Counted from the stretch's first letter, positions 39,166-52,745 are shown. The stretch: DNA of 64,000 bases from Octopus vulgaris (GCA_951406725.2 OX597814.1:147932001-147996000), one strand, 5' to 3'. The notes: generated from the sequence alone by a model not told the origin. Translations and numbers: made by a program.

Positions 39166-39555
39166 ATTGTAATTTTGGTGTGTAGGGAAGTAATCCTTAC
39201 GTTCTACGTCAGTACTTGCCTGGTAGTTTAGATAATCGACCCCGCAGGGTTTAAAGTTGATCGCGTTTGTATTTGAGCACAAAACATAAAATAATCGACG
39301 ACATATGGCAAAGCATTTTCAGAAATCCCTCACGGTTCAGCCAACACACTTCCTTAATGGTAATGATTATTTAACTGAAGTTTATCACGACGATGATCAT
39401 TATCATCTTTTATCAACTGCGTATTATTAAAGCAAACGTCAATTTACATATTTTTTACTTCTAAAGTTTTGAACGGAATATGTTATCAGACTTCAAAATA
39501 TCGTGTCTATTCAGTTTAGTATTTCTCTTAGCCAATACTTTTTATAGTTATTTGG

Positions 39556-39774
39556 TCGTCGTCGTCGTCTTCTTCTTCTTCTTCTTCTTCTTCTTCTTCT
39601 TCTTCTTCTTCTTCTTCTTCTTCTTCTTCTTCTTCTTCTTCTTCTTCTTCTTTTTCTTTCTTCTTCTTCTTCTTCTTCTTCTTTCTTCTTCTTCTTCTAA
39701 TTATTATTATTATTATTATTACTATTATTATTATCATCATCATTATTATTATTATTATTATCATCATCATCATC
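39556..39774. repeat. Compound (GTC)n(TTC)n(TTA)n(CAT)n microsatellite
   Basis: Direct reading; polypyrimidine (TTC) tract of about 130 bp. Confidence 0.95.
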
Positions 39775-40672
39775 AAGCCTATTCAACTCTTTTTTTGGCA
39801 TTTAAAAAATAAGTCATGCGTGAAAACGAGGAAATTTCTGTTGTTACTGCAGTCAATCTCTTTCTTTTTCTGTTCCTCTCTTTCTCTCCATCGCCGCCGT
39901 TCTTTTCTCGTATTTCTCTCTCACTAATTGTCTGTTCTTCTCTCTTACTACAACTTTCACCCTTTTCCTCCTCTCATTTTCAACCTCTCTGAATAACACT
40001 AAACACTCTTATTTCTTAATCATGTATGTATGTTTTTGTGTATGCGTGTATGTATGTATGCATGCATGTGTATTTTTGTATATGCGTGAGTATTCCTTCA
40101 TATGTATATATTTATGTACTTGTTCAATGTTTTTATGAGAAAACTTCAAGGAATCTTACTAAAAGTATAAATATATATATATCAAAAATGCTTTCGCCGT
40201 TTACTACACCTGCTACTACTGCTATGGCTGCCAGTAATATTACTAATAATATTCATATAAATAACGCTTAAAATGTAAAAGTTTGAAATAATAAAAATAG
40301 CAATAATAATAATGATAACAACAAAAACAACTATTTCACCAATAATGAAGCTGTATAACATTTAATATAACTTCTATAATTTCGAGAATTTCTTTGAAAA
40401 AGAAACGGTCTTAAATTTTCTAAAAATTTTTTTTATTATTATATTTTAAATGAAGAAGTATCACAGATATGAAAATATTCCTGGCTTTCGATTCAGCCAC
40501 AAGTAGGAGGTGACGTGAATGAAATGTTTGACTATTGTAAAAGTATAATACCTAAAAAATCTATGGCTGCTTTCACAATGGAATGTATTATACACTTTAT
40601 ACGCAGCGCTCTTTATCCTACATCATGAACGGCGTTCCATAGTTTTTAACACAAGACAAATGCATGCATGTG

Positions 40673-40711
<39 letters not shown>

Positions 40712-40824
40712 CTGTGTGTGTGTGTGTGTGTATTTATATGTATATATGCGTGTGTGTATTGTGCGAGTGAGTGTGTATGTATGTATCGATTTGTAGATAG
40801 AGATTCCTGCACACACACATACAT

Positions 40825-40893
<69 letters not shown>

Positions 40894-41464
40894 CGTATAG
40901 ACGGATTGTCGCATAAGTATAATGGCGATGGATATACATACTTCCTGGATATGACGAGAATGTGTCTTCATGCAAAAGTTCCGTATTCAATTGATATTAA
41001 TCAGAAGCTTGTGTGACACACTCATGCAATTTTTTAACATAAAAAATCAAACATTATTAATTAAATTTAAAAAGGAAAGAATTGCACCAAAATTACAGGT
41101 ATTAGGAATGAATACTTCATAGATAAAACAAGACGATAGCTTCGCATTAGATTTTATTAAGAGGAAGGACAAAATAGAATAGTATTCAAATTTGATATTA
41201 TAGACTAGTATATAAGCAACAACACACGGAAAGTAAATCAAAATTCAAGCGCGGTAATATACAGGCGTTATCTAAGCATTTGCTAACATAGAAATTATAC
41301 TTATAACAATATGGATCTTGAAGTTTTCTTCTGAATTTTCAGTTGGTCTTGTTATATCACGGCAGTGAAAGGGATATAGTTTAACAGCAGTTTCGATGCC
41401 TATCATGCAGATCATTATAGTACCTGGTGTTGGAGATGGAGATGTGTATATATAAATATATATA

Positions 41465-41607
41465 TACTCTTTTACTCTTTTACTTGTTTCAGTCATTTGA
41501 CTGCGGCCATGCTGGAGCACCGCCTTTAATCGAGCAAATCGACCCCGGGACTTATTCTTTGTAAGCCCAGTACTTATTCTATCGGTCTCTTTTGCCGAAC
41601 CGCTAAT
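41465..41607 (-). mobile_element. CORE-like SINE 3' tail only
   Basis: ctcttttactcttttacttgtttcagtcatttgactgcggccatgctggagcaccgcc...gccgaaccgctaa. Confidence 0.85.
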
Positions 41608-41691
41608 CTATGTGTGTGTGTGTGTAAAATTAACAGAATGAGATAAAGATTCCAAGGCTGTGAAAGATTTCACAACATTCATAAAGAGACG

Positions 41692-41739
41692 GTATTACAG
41701 GTGTTTCTGAGATATTTTATATATCCCTTCATCGGAGAC
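41692..41739 (-). ncRNA. Degenerate minimal hammerhead-like motif in a probable Penelope pseudo-LTR
   Basis: GUCU-CCGAUGA-A-GGGAUAU-auaaa-AUAUCUC-A-GAAAC-accu-GUA-AUAC. 7-bp stem II, GUA triplet, core U-to-C substitution. About 400 nt 3' of the PLE endonuclease on the same strand. Confidence 0.55.
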
Positions 41740-41984
41740 GGTACGAGAAAAATGTTAAGCAATAGTTATTTTAGGGAAGATATGAAACAGAGAGTGAAAT
41801 GGTAGAATGAAAACAGACGTGAGATACACAGGGATATTGTATATATATACGCACGCTAATATATGACCTATGTTGGAATCCTCATTCGCATAATCACCGA
41901 ACCTGATGATTATAGTCTGTCCATAGCACTTGCTCAGCATTACCTGGCATCTTTTGGTCCTCTCGACACCATTACCTCTTATAA

Positions 41985-42088
<104 letters not shown>

Positions 42089-42119
42089 TATGTTTGTGTA
42101 TGTGTGTGTGTATATATAA

Positions 42120-43715
42120 TAGATGCGTATTGTATCTGAGAATCATTTGGTATTTAGTTGTACCTATGTAGGATTTCGTCTGGTTGTTTGTGCGGACGTC
42201 ACACTGGTAAACTATGTTATTTTTCTTGCATCTATTTGAGAAATGACGCATTGTTCTCTCCCTACAACCCCATAAATAATTAGTTGTATCTACTTCCATG
42301 TTGTATTGTGTGTGTGTGGGAGGGGGGTTATTATTCAGGTCTGTACCTAAGTTAGCAGGAGGCGTTGCGTTCGTGGGAGGCTTGGTCCTATTAGTTGGTA
42401 GGTTATTACATTTATTGTTCACTATTTTTCTAGTTTCGTAGAAATTGTCAAGTTTTTTATTATTCATTGAGGCTATTATTGTGGCTAAGTTATTAGTCAG
42501 ACTGTGGCCTATTCTGATTTTGTTCCTAAATAATTCTGTATATGTATCATTAACGTTTAGGTCTTTGTCTATGATTTTCATTAATGAGCGAACTATATTT
42601 GATTTAAGGTGCATATGGTGTAGGGGATTACGAACCAGATATTATCGCTATTTTCTTTGTTTTTTAGTGTTGTTTTTTCTAGTGTAGAAGCTTCCCTCGT
42701 TTGTGATTCGTGTGAAGTTATGGTTGTATGTACGTTGGTTATTGTTATGTTTCACTTGCGTGTTAGTTTTGTCTGTCCTATAAGTGTTATCGTAGGGTTC
42801 ATGTAGGTTCAAAGGCCTAGTTTTATTGCTATTATTACGGTTCATATTAGTTGGTTGGGTGTCTTTAGTTTTATTGATACCGCTGTATAGGTTTATACTA
42901 TTATTTTTGTAGGTGCTGATATTATGGGACTTATATGCGTACTTTGTGTTATTAGTTATGTTAATATTGTTAATCTTATTTAATATCAGTTTGTCGGTAT
43001 TAGTGTTACCGTTATTTTTGTTGTTGTTTGTGGTTTGTGTATAGCTTTGGCATTGCTCATTTTATAGTTGTTTCTATTGGGATTACCCGTAATTATTTCG
43101 TTATTGGTGTAGTGCATGATGTGCATGGTGAATGGTTGGCGTTAGTGGTATTACTAAGCCGGTTCCTGTTATTTGGGCTGCTTATAGCGTGATAAGGGTT
43201 TAGGTACTTGATTTTTAATTTATATCCTGATTCCTTAGTGTGGAGTTATAGGCTTCTTTATGTCTGTCAAAGATGTCCATGTTGGAAGAGAGGCGGGATA
43301 TTCTATTGCTAATGATATGTACTAGGCTTCTCTTAATAAAGTTGGGATGATTACTTGCAGCGTTAATGTATTTGAGGTTTGTGTTGGATTTCATGTAGGT
43401 TTCATAGAGTGCTGTGGCTAGGTTGCAGGTTGTGTCTAAGTAGTTAATAGAAGTGTGTTCCTTTTCGATAGAAATAGATAGCCCAAATCTTTTGAAGAAT
43501 TTATGTAGTTTTTCTTGATAAGCTCTAGTTTCCTATTTGATGGTTTCTTAATTAAGAGCGTCATCCCTGTATAGTCCGCCTTTGAGTTCCGGGAATTCGT
43601 CCTGTACGTATGACAGCAGATAGATGCCTACCAGGTCAGTTATTGGTGCTGAATCTGGGGTTCCCATGGTGATATCAAAATAGTTAGAGGTATCTTTACG
43701 GATGCTCCAAACTTC
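42120..43715 (-). mobile_element. Penelope-like element (RT + GIY-YIG), probably Naiad-type, decayed and 5'-truncated
   Basis: RT: WSIRKDTSNYFDITMGTPDSAPITDLVGIYLL...GGLYRDDAL; thumb YLDTT...YINAASNHPNFIKRSL. EN: WGCRERTMRHFSNRCKKNNIVYQCDV...KSYIGTTKYQMILRYNTH. Confidence 0.85.
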
Positions 43716-44335
43716 ATAGGCAAGTTTGAAAATTGCCTCACAAGAATTAAAGAAATCCTCCTGCAACTGGAACACTACGTGAGCATATTTCTTATGGGTG
43801 ATTTCAACTTCCCCCACGTCAAATGGCCCGAAGGCCTCATGCTTTCAGGAATCACTCATTGCAAACAAGCACAGGTGGAATCCCTGCTCAACTCCATCAA
43901 TGCCCTATTTTTGAAGCAAGCTGTACTCTGAGCAACTAGGGCGGATAGCATTTGGGATCTATGCTTCACGAACAATATCGACATCGTTCATGATGTGAAA
44001 GTGACGGTGACATTAGTCTCGGATCACAACATAACAAAGCTGTCAAATTTTGGGCCGAAAATAGCCAGAGACATACAGCCTAAAGGAAGCATCCGAAATC
44101 TCTGCAATCTGAACTTACAGAAAGCAGACTGGAAATCGATCCAAAAGGAGATCCTTAGACAGGACTGGCCGAAATGTCTCTCCACACCAGACATTGGCAT
44201 GAAACTAGAATATGAAAATTACAGAGGAGGCTGGTCCACAGGGAATTTCAATCCCAGAGCCTAAATCAGTGAGGGACCTGGGTATCGACATGAGTGATGA
44301 TACCTCTTTCCAAATGCACGTTACCAGGATGCTGA
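43716..44335 (+). mobile_element. CR1-group LINE fragment (APE endonuclease joined to late RT region; internal deletion)
   Basis: IFLMGDFNFPHVKW...ATRADSIWDLCFTN...SDHN...NLQKADWKSI, followed directly by IPEPKSVRDLGIDMSDDTSFQMHV. Confidence 0.8.
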
Positions 44336-47300
44336 AGAGCTAAGTTCCAGGGACGTAAACATACCAGAATAGGTTGTCAAAGTACGTCATCAAGAATAGT
44401 GTCCCTTGCAGCAAAGATCGTTGGTATTTGTTATCTAACTACCAGAAAATATTTTTGTACCCTAGGGGTACATTACTCATTATGCTGAAAATTTGAAGAA
44501 TTATGACCATCTCGGGAACATAAACGATGTATGTTCCCATTGTGAATGAAAGCGGATGAAACATATTGATTATATGGGGATCAAGGAAAAGGCATGTAAA
44601 CGCACCCATCTTCTATTTTATTATATATAAGATAAAGTAATGTGTGTATGCGTGTTTGTACGCTGGCATAATTACATCCATGTGTGTCTTAGTCTTCTAT
44701 TTTGTGATACATAATTAGATTTGCCAGATTTCTTTTTAGATCAAATATGAAATAGTGTGCATATTTCGCTAAACCGTAAAGTTATCTTTACCAATAAGCT
44801 AACCCCAAGCCATTTTCAGATAAATAATTCGACTTCTAATTGTATTAGGGATTTTACTTTCTGTTTTGAATGCACGAAGTAGCGTGTGTGTTGTCTTTCT
44901 CTGAAAAAATTGTTCAATATTTCTCAACTCTTGTAGTGAGTGTGAAGTGAGCGTCACAATTTCATTGCTGTTTGTTAGATAAATAGATAAGAATAATATC
45001 TAACGCTGCAATTTGATACATGTGTTACTTGATATAGGTTGGGAGACAGATATACTACTACTTTATTTATCAAGTGAGCTAATGAGGAGTTAAAATAGCA
45101 ACTGCCAAAGAGGTTAATTAACGGATTAAATGACTTATTAAAATAATATTTTTTTATCACGCAGATGGTAGCTCACACATATTATTTCTTTATAGAATGA
45201 TCTTTCTCTACGCTAAAAATGTGCATATATTTCTGTGTACTTCTTAATTAGCTATCCGTTTGGTAATAACGCTAGCAAATTCACTTCCAAGTAATACTTT
45301 CGCTATGGATGATCTGAACTGTTTCTACAAGTCCGGAGGTGTCACCTGTACTTAAAGGAGAAATGTAAAATTAATAACAATCATCAAGAAATGTTTTTCT
45401 TCCAGCGATTATTTGATGCTATTATAGGTTTGTAGTTGTTGCTGTTGTTGTTTTTGTTATACATTTACAATACCTGTCTAGTTTTAAAGAGTTTTTAGAA
45501 ATGGGTAATTGCGCACTAATTAGCAGCATGTAATAATAAGATGCGATAATTATGTTGTATTATTTATTTATGATTGTGTCTACTGACTTAAAGAAAAGAT
45601 TCTAATTATTGCGTAACTTGTTTGCACTTAAATGAGGGGAGTAGGAAAGTATACGAAATCCCGAGCATTTTCTCACTACGTGAATTGGACAAACTGCTTG
45701 TTTTCATAGCTCCTATTGCAGTTTTGATACTCAGTTTCAACTGAATTAGTTTTCTCTAATATTTCAGTGCTACTATCGATTTTGTAAGGGTCTTAAAAGT
45801 CAAATGACCCTAATACATGTGTTAAGTTGGTCTTCCACTCTGTATCAGCTAAATTTCTTAGAAATCTTGTTTGTTAGAGAGACAATATAGCCACTTTTCC
45901 AATGACCACAACATCAATCACACAATAACGCTACATTATTTCAATTATTATTTTACCCCTGCTGGGAATTAAAATAAATACGAGAAATTTGAATTATAGT
46001 GTAACCTCATTAGTTGTTCAAACTATCAATTTTATACATTGATTTATTATAACAATACACAATGACTAAGATTTATGGATGTGTACGCCGGTATAATGCC
46101 GTATTTCTCTCATTCCCATAAGTATCAGCCACATAAATGAATTGAAATATCTCCACATAGATACTGAGGTCGAGTCTTGGGTCAGCTTGTCGAAAACTTA
46201 CCACTTCGTTTGCTGCGCTAGACATTCTATCTATTATCGATATCCTGTATATAGAGGTGAATGACACTTATGGTAGAGCCATGACAAAATTGTCTTGCAG
46301 TCGTTAGTAACGTCCCAAGTTCAAATCCTTCTAACGATTGACTTTGCATTCGTTTCCCATAGTCGATAATCTTGAGATTTTTTCAATTACTTTCACTAAA
46401 TATTTTTTGAAAATACATGGATTTGGGTCAAGGAGAGATTTCTTGCAGTTGCCAAACGTTCTTCTCACCCAATTTGTTCACAAGTATGCAGATTGTTTTC
46501 ATTTAAAAAAAATTGTCCATCGTTATATAAAGGAAAATTATTCCTTGGTGCGGAACTCCAAATGACTGCAGTTATTTGGAAGGCTGCATTCAGAAATTGC
46601 TGAGAGAAGATTAGGAAAAAAGACTGATACACTTGAAATATGTAAGAATTATGGAAGAAGCAAGTTAATCAGAATTTTCATTGAAATTCTTATCGTTGGT
46701 CGCAGAACAGGCGAACTTTTGCGAGTTGGTGACGAAAACGTTTTTGTAATAAATAATTATCCGTCAATCACTTGAATACCATATTTTGGAGGCGATATAT
46801 ACGGCTTATATATATATAACAGCATCACATTTCCATGTATTTAAGCAGTGTTCCAGTGTGAGAATTATTTGAGTGCTGTCCAGGTCATAAAAATAAACAG
46901 GCCAAAGTAATTTATTATTCTACTCAGCTTCTGTTTTAGATGAAGTTAGGACAAGGTTTAATAAATGTCAAATTACCACGAGACATAATTTAAAGACTGC
47001 TGGCTCTGATATATGTAGTGCATTCCTTTGTTTTAATTAGTTCGTAGGATGCTGTTCTGTGTTTGTTCTTTGAAGGAAACTAGGTTACCACGTCCGTGTT
47101 GATGTATTAGAAAACAGTTTTTGTACAGTTACGATTTTATTACATTATTAAGAAATTAGCTACTTATATTCTTGTCTCGTAATATAGACAATTTATAGTT
47201 AACGATCTGTCTATTACTGCTGCTATATGTATTAAAATGTATGTTATGCTAGTTTACCCATCCATTGCTTTTAAATGTTAGTTTATAAATTTGAGTGAGT

Positions 47301-47488
47301 AATAATGAAATCAGTACCAAATATTACTTTGCCTGAGAGCAAAAAGTAGATATAGATGTTGTGTTGATTGGTCATTCTTTTCTTCCCTTTGTCATTTCAT
47401 TTTCTTTGCTCGACTCTTTCAACATACATATCTGTGTGTGTGTGTGAGTGTGTGTGTGTTAGTGTGAATGTGTGCGCACGCATGCGTG

Positions 47489-48721
47489 TATACAAGGTGC
47501 GAGGGGTATTTGAGGAAAGTTTCAGCATAAATGAATATGTATTTGAATAAACATTTGCGCAGTTAGTTTTGATAATGATTTTTAAAGCTAATTATGCTAT
47601 GAAACCGCCATCGGCTTCGATGACTGTTTCAATGCTGGTATGCGGACACTATACAGTCCTTATTAACTTCGGACATCACCTTGACAATAGCTGCCTTCAG
47701 GGAAGCCATGGTATTATGAGAATGATGACTATTCTTTCTTTCAACAGTGCTCCACACGTAGCAGTCCATGAGGTTCAAATCTGGCGAGTTTGGAGGTCAC
47801 ATATTTGGTGTTACATAATCGCAAAGATTATCTGACAACCATTCTTGGGTGATTTGGACTTTGTGAGAAGTTGCTGACTCTTGTTGTGACACGCATGACC
47901 TTCCATTGCATACTTCCTCAATCCAGGGCTTGATAACTGTTTCCAGTATCTTAATGTATCCAGCAGTACACATTGTATGCTCCTGTGGTAAAAAGTGAGA
48001 AGGCATCACAGAACCTTCGCTACTCACCACTCCTATAACCATCACAGTTGCTGGAAATTTAGTGTGCATCACTCTGGGTACTTCAGAAGGGTCTGCACAT
48101 AACCACCTGTAATTTCCTCTTTTAGACTTTTGCTCCTGGTCAAAGTCTTTTCGTCAGAGAAAAACCAAAGCGTGCCTTGTTCATGAGGGATTTTCACTTT
48201 AAGTAACAGTTTTGAACGGATGAGATGGTTTGCTTGTGTCTTTACCGGCCCGAATTGGCTTTCCCTTATTACATAGGAGTTGTATCGAATGTCACGATGT
48301 GCCACAGTTCTGAGAGTCCACTGTGACACATGAAGCTCTTTAGCAATGGACTTCATTGATCTTCTGAGGTTTTCCGTGACAATGTTTTGAACATGTGGTA
48401 TAAATTCTGGTGTCCTTTTAGTGTCTGAACTTTGTGAATATTTGTTTGCCCTTTGACACAGGTGAAACTTTAATATCACATGCCTCCAATTCCAACTGAG
48501 CTGTGTGTACAAATGATCTTGCAACATTTAGAAAGTTGCTAATTTCTAAATCGCTGTGGTTTGCATGTATAGCAACTATTACTGCATGTCTTCTAATTTC
48601 TTGAGTTAACATTATATCTCGAAAGTGTTATCTGAAAAAAAAAAAAGTAATGCATTAAATAATTTGAAGGTGTAATGAACTAAAAGCGAAATGTCCTCAA
48701 ATACCCCTCGCACCTTGTATA
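47489..48721 (-). mobile_element. Full-length decayed Tc1/mariner transposon, DD37D (maT) family
   Basis: Perfect 28-bp inverted termini including TA: tatacaaggtgcgaggggtatttgagga (47489-47516) and its reverse complement (48694-48721). Total length 1.23 kb. Confidence 0.92.
47595..48612 (-). pseudogene. maT/DD37D transposase pseudogene
   Basis: Frameshifted pieces MLTQEIRRHAVI..., RTPEFI...WFFSDEK, VMVIGVVSSEG...QQESATSH...M*PPNSPDLNLMDCYVWSTVE. 37 residues lie between the second (D to E) and third catalytic positions; there is an in-frame TGA. Confidence 0.85.
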
Positions 48722-50267
48722 TCTTTGCCATCATTCGGTCGAACAAACTCTAAAACTTTAATGTGTAACTTTAACACTCCTACGCTCATATACACTTTCT
48801 CCCTATCTCTTTCTCTCATACATTTTTTATTTCTCTCTTACTGGATTTTATCTTTACACACACAATTTCTGCATAACCAAAAGGAAACGATATCTTTTTG
48901 AAGCTATAATTGAAAGAGAAAATTATATTTAAAATGCTACTCATCTAGTAATAAATACTTCAAACGCTTTGTTTAATGGTGTAAAATTTATCATGAGACA
49001 AGAGTCACAATAAACACATTCTTAGTACAAATACTTCAATTTCTTACTTTCTTAATAGACGTACTATTTCTGTAAAAGATTAGCATACAATAAACATGAT
49101 TTGTCTTGATCGTATGTTACAAATAATTAAAATAATTTGCATCCTCCATTGAAAGAAAGACGTCACAAAAAGTTATATAATTTATTTTACATAATATCAA
49201 TAAATTTTGAAAATATAGTATCATAGTGTTTTGCTTTGCATCATTTATATCTTCGTAGTAATATCTGTCAGTGAGTTTTATCGATTTTTGAATTGGCGAA
49301 TTGTTTGTTGGGCAAGTAACTTTTTTATTTCTAAGTCGCCACTTTGCTTTTCAGCCTTATTGGGTTCAATATAATATAGTTAAATTCAAGTATTGATGTT
49401 ATTTTAATCAACTTTCATAAGCGCTAGCAAGCTATATGCAATTATGATACGGTAGAACCCATATACCGGAGCTATAATGGCGCCTATCAGTCGTGCTAAG
49501 CGAAAGATGTGTTGACAAATATTTTTACAAGTTTTAAATTTTTAATGATAGCAAAAAATATTGTAGTTAAATATCTATTAAGAATTTTGCAAAGTGGATT
49601 TTTAATCGTATGCTTACACAGACGCCTCAGATTATTTGCTTACGCTATACGTTTTAGCTTTATTTGACTTTCAATTATAGATTAAGTACATATTTTAAAA
49701 TCGCGTACGAAAGTGGGGTGCAAAATGAAATTATTTCTCGTAGAATTTCGAAAAGAATATGTGTGCCAAAGTATATAGAACTGAAATGGTTTAGCAATAA
49801 TACTAATGAATACACTTGTAGATTATCTCTTTATATATCACACTTACAATACCATGTTTTTGTTTGAAAAAATTCGACTTAGTGTAATAAATATTTGGGT
49901 TGTTGAATAATTATATTCATTTTTGGGTTGTTGAATTAATAATATCAAATTTTGTTGTTTAGTTAGTGTGATTATCTTTTGTAGGGTTAGAGGAATAGGA
50001 AAAGTTAGAAGTTGCGGTCCCTGAGTGTTTTGTTAAAACGTGTATAGTAATCATTTGGGGTATGATATACCGGATAAAGTGTATATGAGCAATAGGCTCA
50101 TCATGGCCAAGCTAAAAATTTAGAGAGAAATATTAAAGAAAAGCAGTTATAAATTCGTGCCCATGTGCATAAACCCACACATATGTAAGCTTGTGTATGG
50201 TGAGTACAAACGTATAAAGATGCTTATATACAAGCATATATACATGGGTAGATGCGTATTCGCACTT

Positions 50268-50442
50268 AAAGAAGAATTGGCGGAATTTCGTCTCTCTTTA
50301 TGTTGTGTGTTCATATTTCGCCGAGGTCGACGTTTCCTTTCATCATTTTAGGGTCAATAATTTAAGTGTCAGTTGAGTACTGCAGTCGATGTACTCGACT
50401 ATCCTCCCTCTCTACCCCGAAATTTCTGGTCCTGTGCCAAAA
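50268..50442 (+). mobile_element. Degenerate Meta-like SINE
   Basis: ccgaggtcgacgtttcctttcatcattttagggtcaataatttaagtgtcagttgagtactgcagtcgatgtactcgact. Confidence 0.7.
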
Positions 50443-50813
50443 ATTGAGGCGAATAGATGTATGTCTGTGTGCGTGTGTGTGTACGTGCGCGCGCGTTCTA
50501 GAGCGCAAAGTTTTGTGCCTATACATATATACGTATAAAGCCGATTTAGCTACATCCTTAGAAGGTCACAATAAAAATGACGAAAATTTAGTTATGAAAA
50601 CGTACATCATCCGTATGAGAGGAAGAAATAGAAAAAGAGAGAAATGAGTAGTAGAAGTAGTAAAAGAGAGTAATGAATAATAGGTAGATATATATATATA
50701 CATGCAAATGAAAACAAATTCATATAGCAGACATACCAGAAGTTTCATTTGTTTATGTATATATACACGCATATAGATAAGCCCACACGTAGATTTATAG
50801 CAGTATATATATA

Positions 50814-50863
<50 letters not shown>

Positions 50864-50887
50864 ACAAACTCATATATCTCACACAAC

Positions 50888-50946
<59 letters not shown>

Positions 50947-51435
50947 ATAATACAAGCGGTCTTATCATGCATGTGTGTGCTTCAGTACAGAGAAATAGGG
51001 AGCGTAAAGCACTAAGAAAACGTAGACAATGGTGTGGTTATAGACGTGCACACATCACAAAATATAACGGCAAAGGAGTATACAGTAGTACAAAGATAAT
51101 TAAATTCTCATACACACACACATACACACTCACAGTTATTGTTCTCCATAGGGATACAAACAGAAATGTGCAAGTAATTACTTACAGAGATATATAAGAA
51201 GTTTAGATGTATGAGGTAAAAAGGGGACAACAACAAGAGACGAAAATAGAAGCATAAGCATTAGGGACTAATATAACGGTAGGTTCATAAGTGCAAGTAT
51301 TTAGGTAGATTATCTATATATAGCGGTAACTTCAAAGATGTGTATTTGTGTACCAAAATACAACAAATGTGGGACAAACTCAGGCATCTGACAATGTGAA
51401 TTTGTGAAAGGAAATAGCGTGAAAAATATGTAAAG

Positions 51436-51821
51436 CTATATAAAGCTGAAGTTGTCTGTGTATAGCAAGTTTGGTAGCCTTCAACTAACACTATCTCCTC
51501 CGAGACCCTGCGGCGCAAGTTGACCAAAATTGAGAGTACGATAGAAGAAGGCTTGCTCTTCCTTCCATAGAATAAAAAATTCAAATTGGACCATGTTAAC
51601 ACCCAAAATTATTTACATCAAAAAGGTGTTTTTTTTCTATGATAATCCCTATATTTTACGATTCTTTTGACTGCTGTGACGCCATTTTTCGGTATATTTC
51701 AACCAGAAAAATGTTTCCTTAAAGAGAATAACAAGCTACAAAATGCAAAAGTTTTACTTTTCAAAAATTCCAATTCTAAAGGGTCGAAACAAACCCCAGC
51801 AATGCCGGGCGATACTGCTAG
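51436..51821 (+). mobile_element. Non-autonomous Helitron-like element
   Basis: 3' GC-rich hairpin cccagcaatgccggg followed by cgatactgCTAG|T (CTAG at 51818-51821). 5' end ctatataaagctg. No TSD, no ORF. Confidence 0.65.
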
Positions 51822-52745
51822 TTCTTATATATTTTATAATGTCAAGAAGCAAATTTATCCTTTAACAGCAAAATTTGATTTTGTCATTATTTCACAATGA
51901 TGTTAAATATCTACCAAACAATAGAATTGATATTTTCTGTAATTCATGTTGCCGCAATAAACTTGACTTGTGTCAACAGAAAATTGTGTCCGTTATGACA
52001 TTCATCAAGAAAGGATATAGTTGCGCATAAATCTGTTTTCCGCATTTATGGATAATGAAATTTTGAGTGGATATATCTGATTTCTATTGTCACAGGGTTA
52101 AGAAAAATCTATCATTCGGAATATAATTTCATAGTTCTCCGTTAAACAGAAGCACACTTTTTCTTGTATATCATTTAGTCTTACACAGTATTTGACAGAA
52201 ATTAAATAGAAGTGGACTAGAACTTAAAAGGTTTGGCATTCAGAAAATGAACGTTCTGTACATCTTATGAGAATACGATGACTATACCTAAGCAATTGAA
52301 ATTTAGTGAACGAATATTTGGCTTCGTATAATTTCAGTTATAATGTGCTGTGTTTATTGTCGGTTTGTTGCGGTTTAGCTATGATGTAAGAGACAATGAT
52401 TTGGAAACATTATCAGTTGTAGAATGGGATGTTCTAACAATGCTTTCATTAACGCTACTCTCATACGATACTTTATGGGAGGAAGTATTTCTTAAATAAA
52501 ATAAAAGTATATTAAGTATGTGTTAGTAACACGTAAGATGAATGGAGATTATTGCAAGTAGTTTATGTTTCACTATTCCGGTGACAATTCTGGATCATTC
52601 TTCGTTCTCTTTAAAGTGATTCCTTTAAAGAAAATCAATTTTCTAGCGTTTGTAGAAATTGAGAGTTTAAACAAAATGTAGCATATTTATTTAGTTTTTG
52701 GATTTGGTTTGCAAGATTCTTTATATGAGTTCGTGTGTTGAAGCA

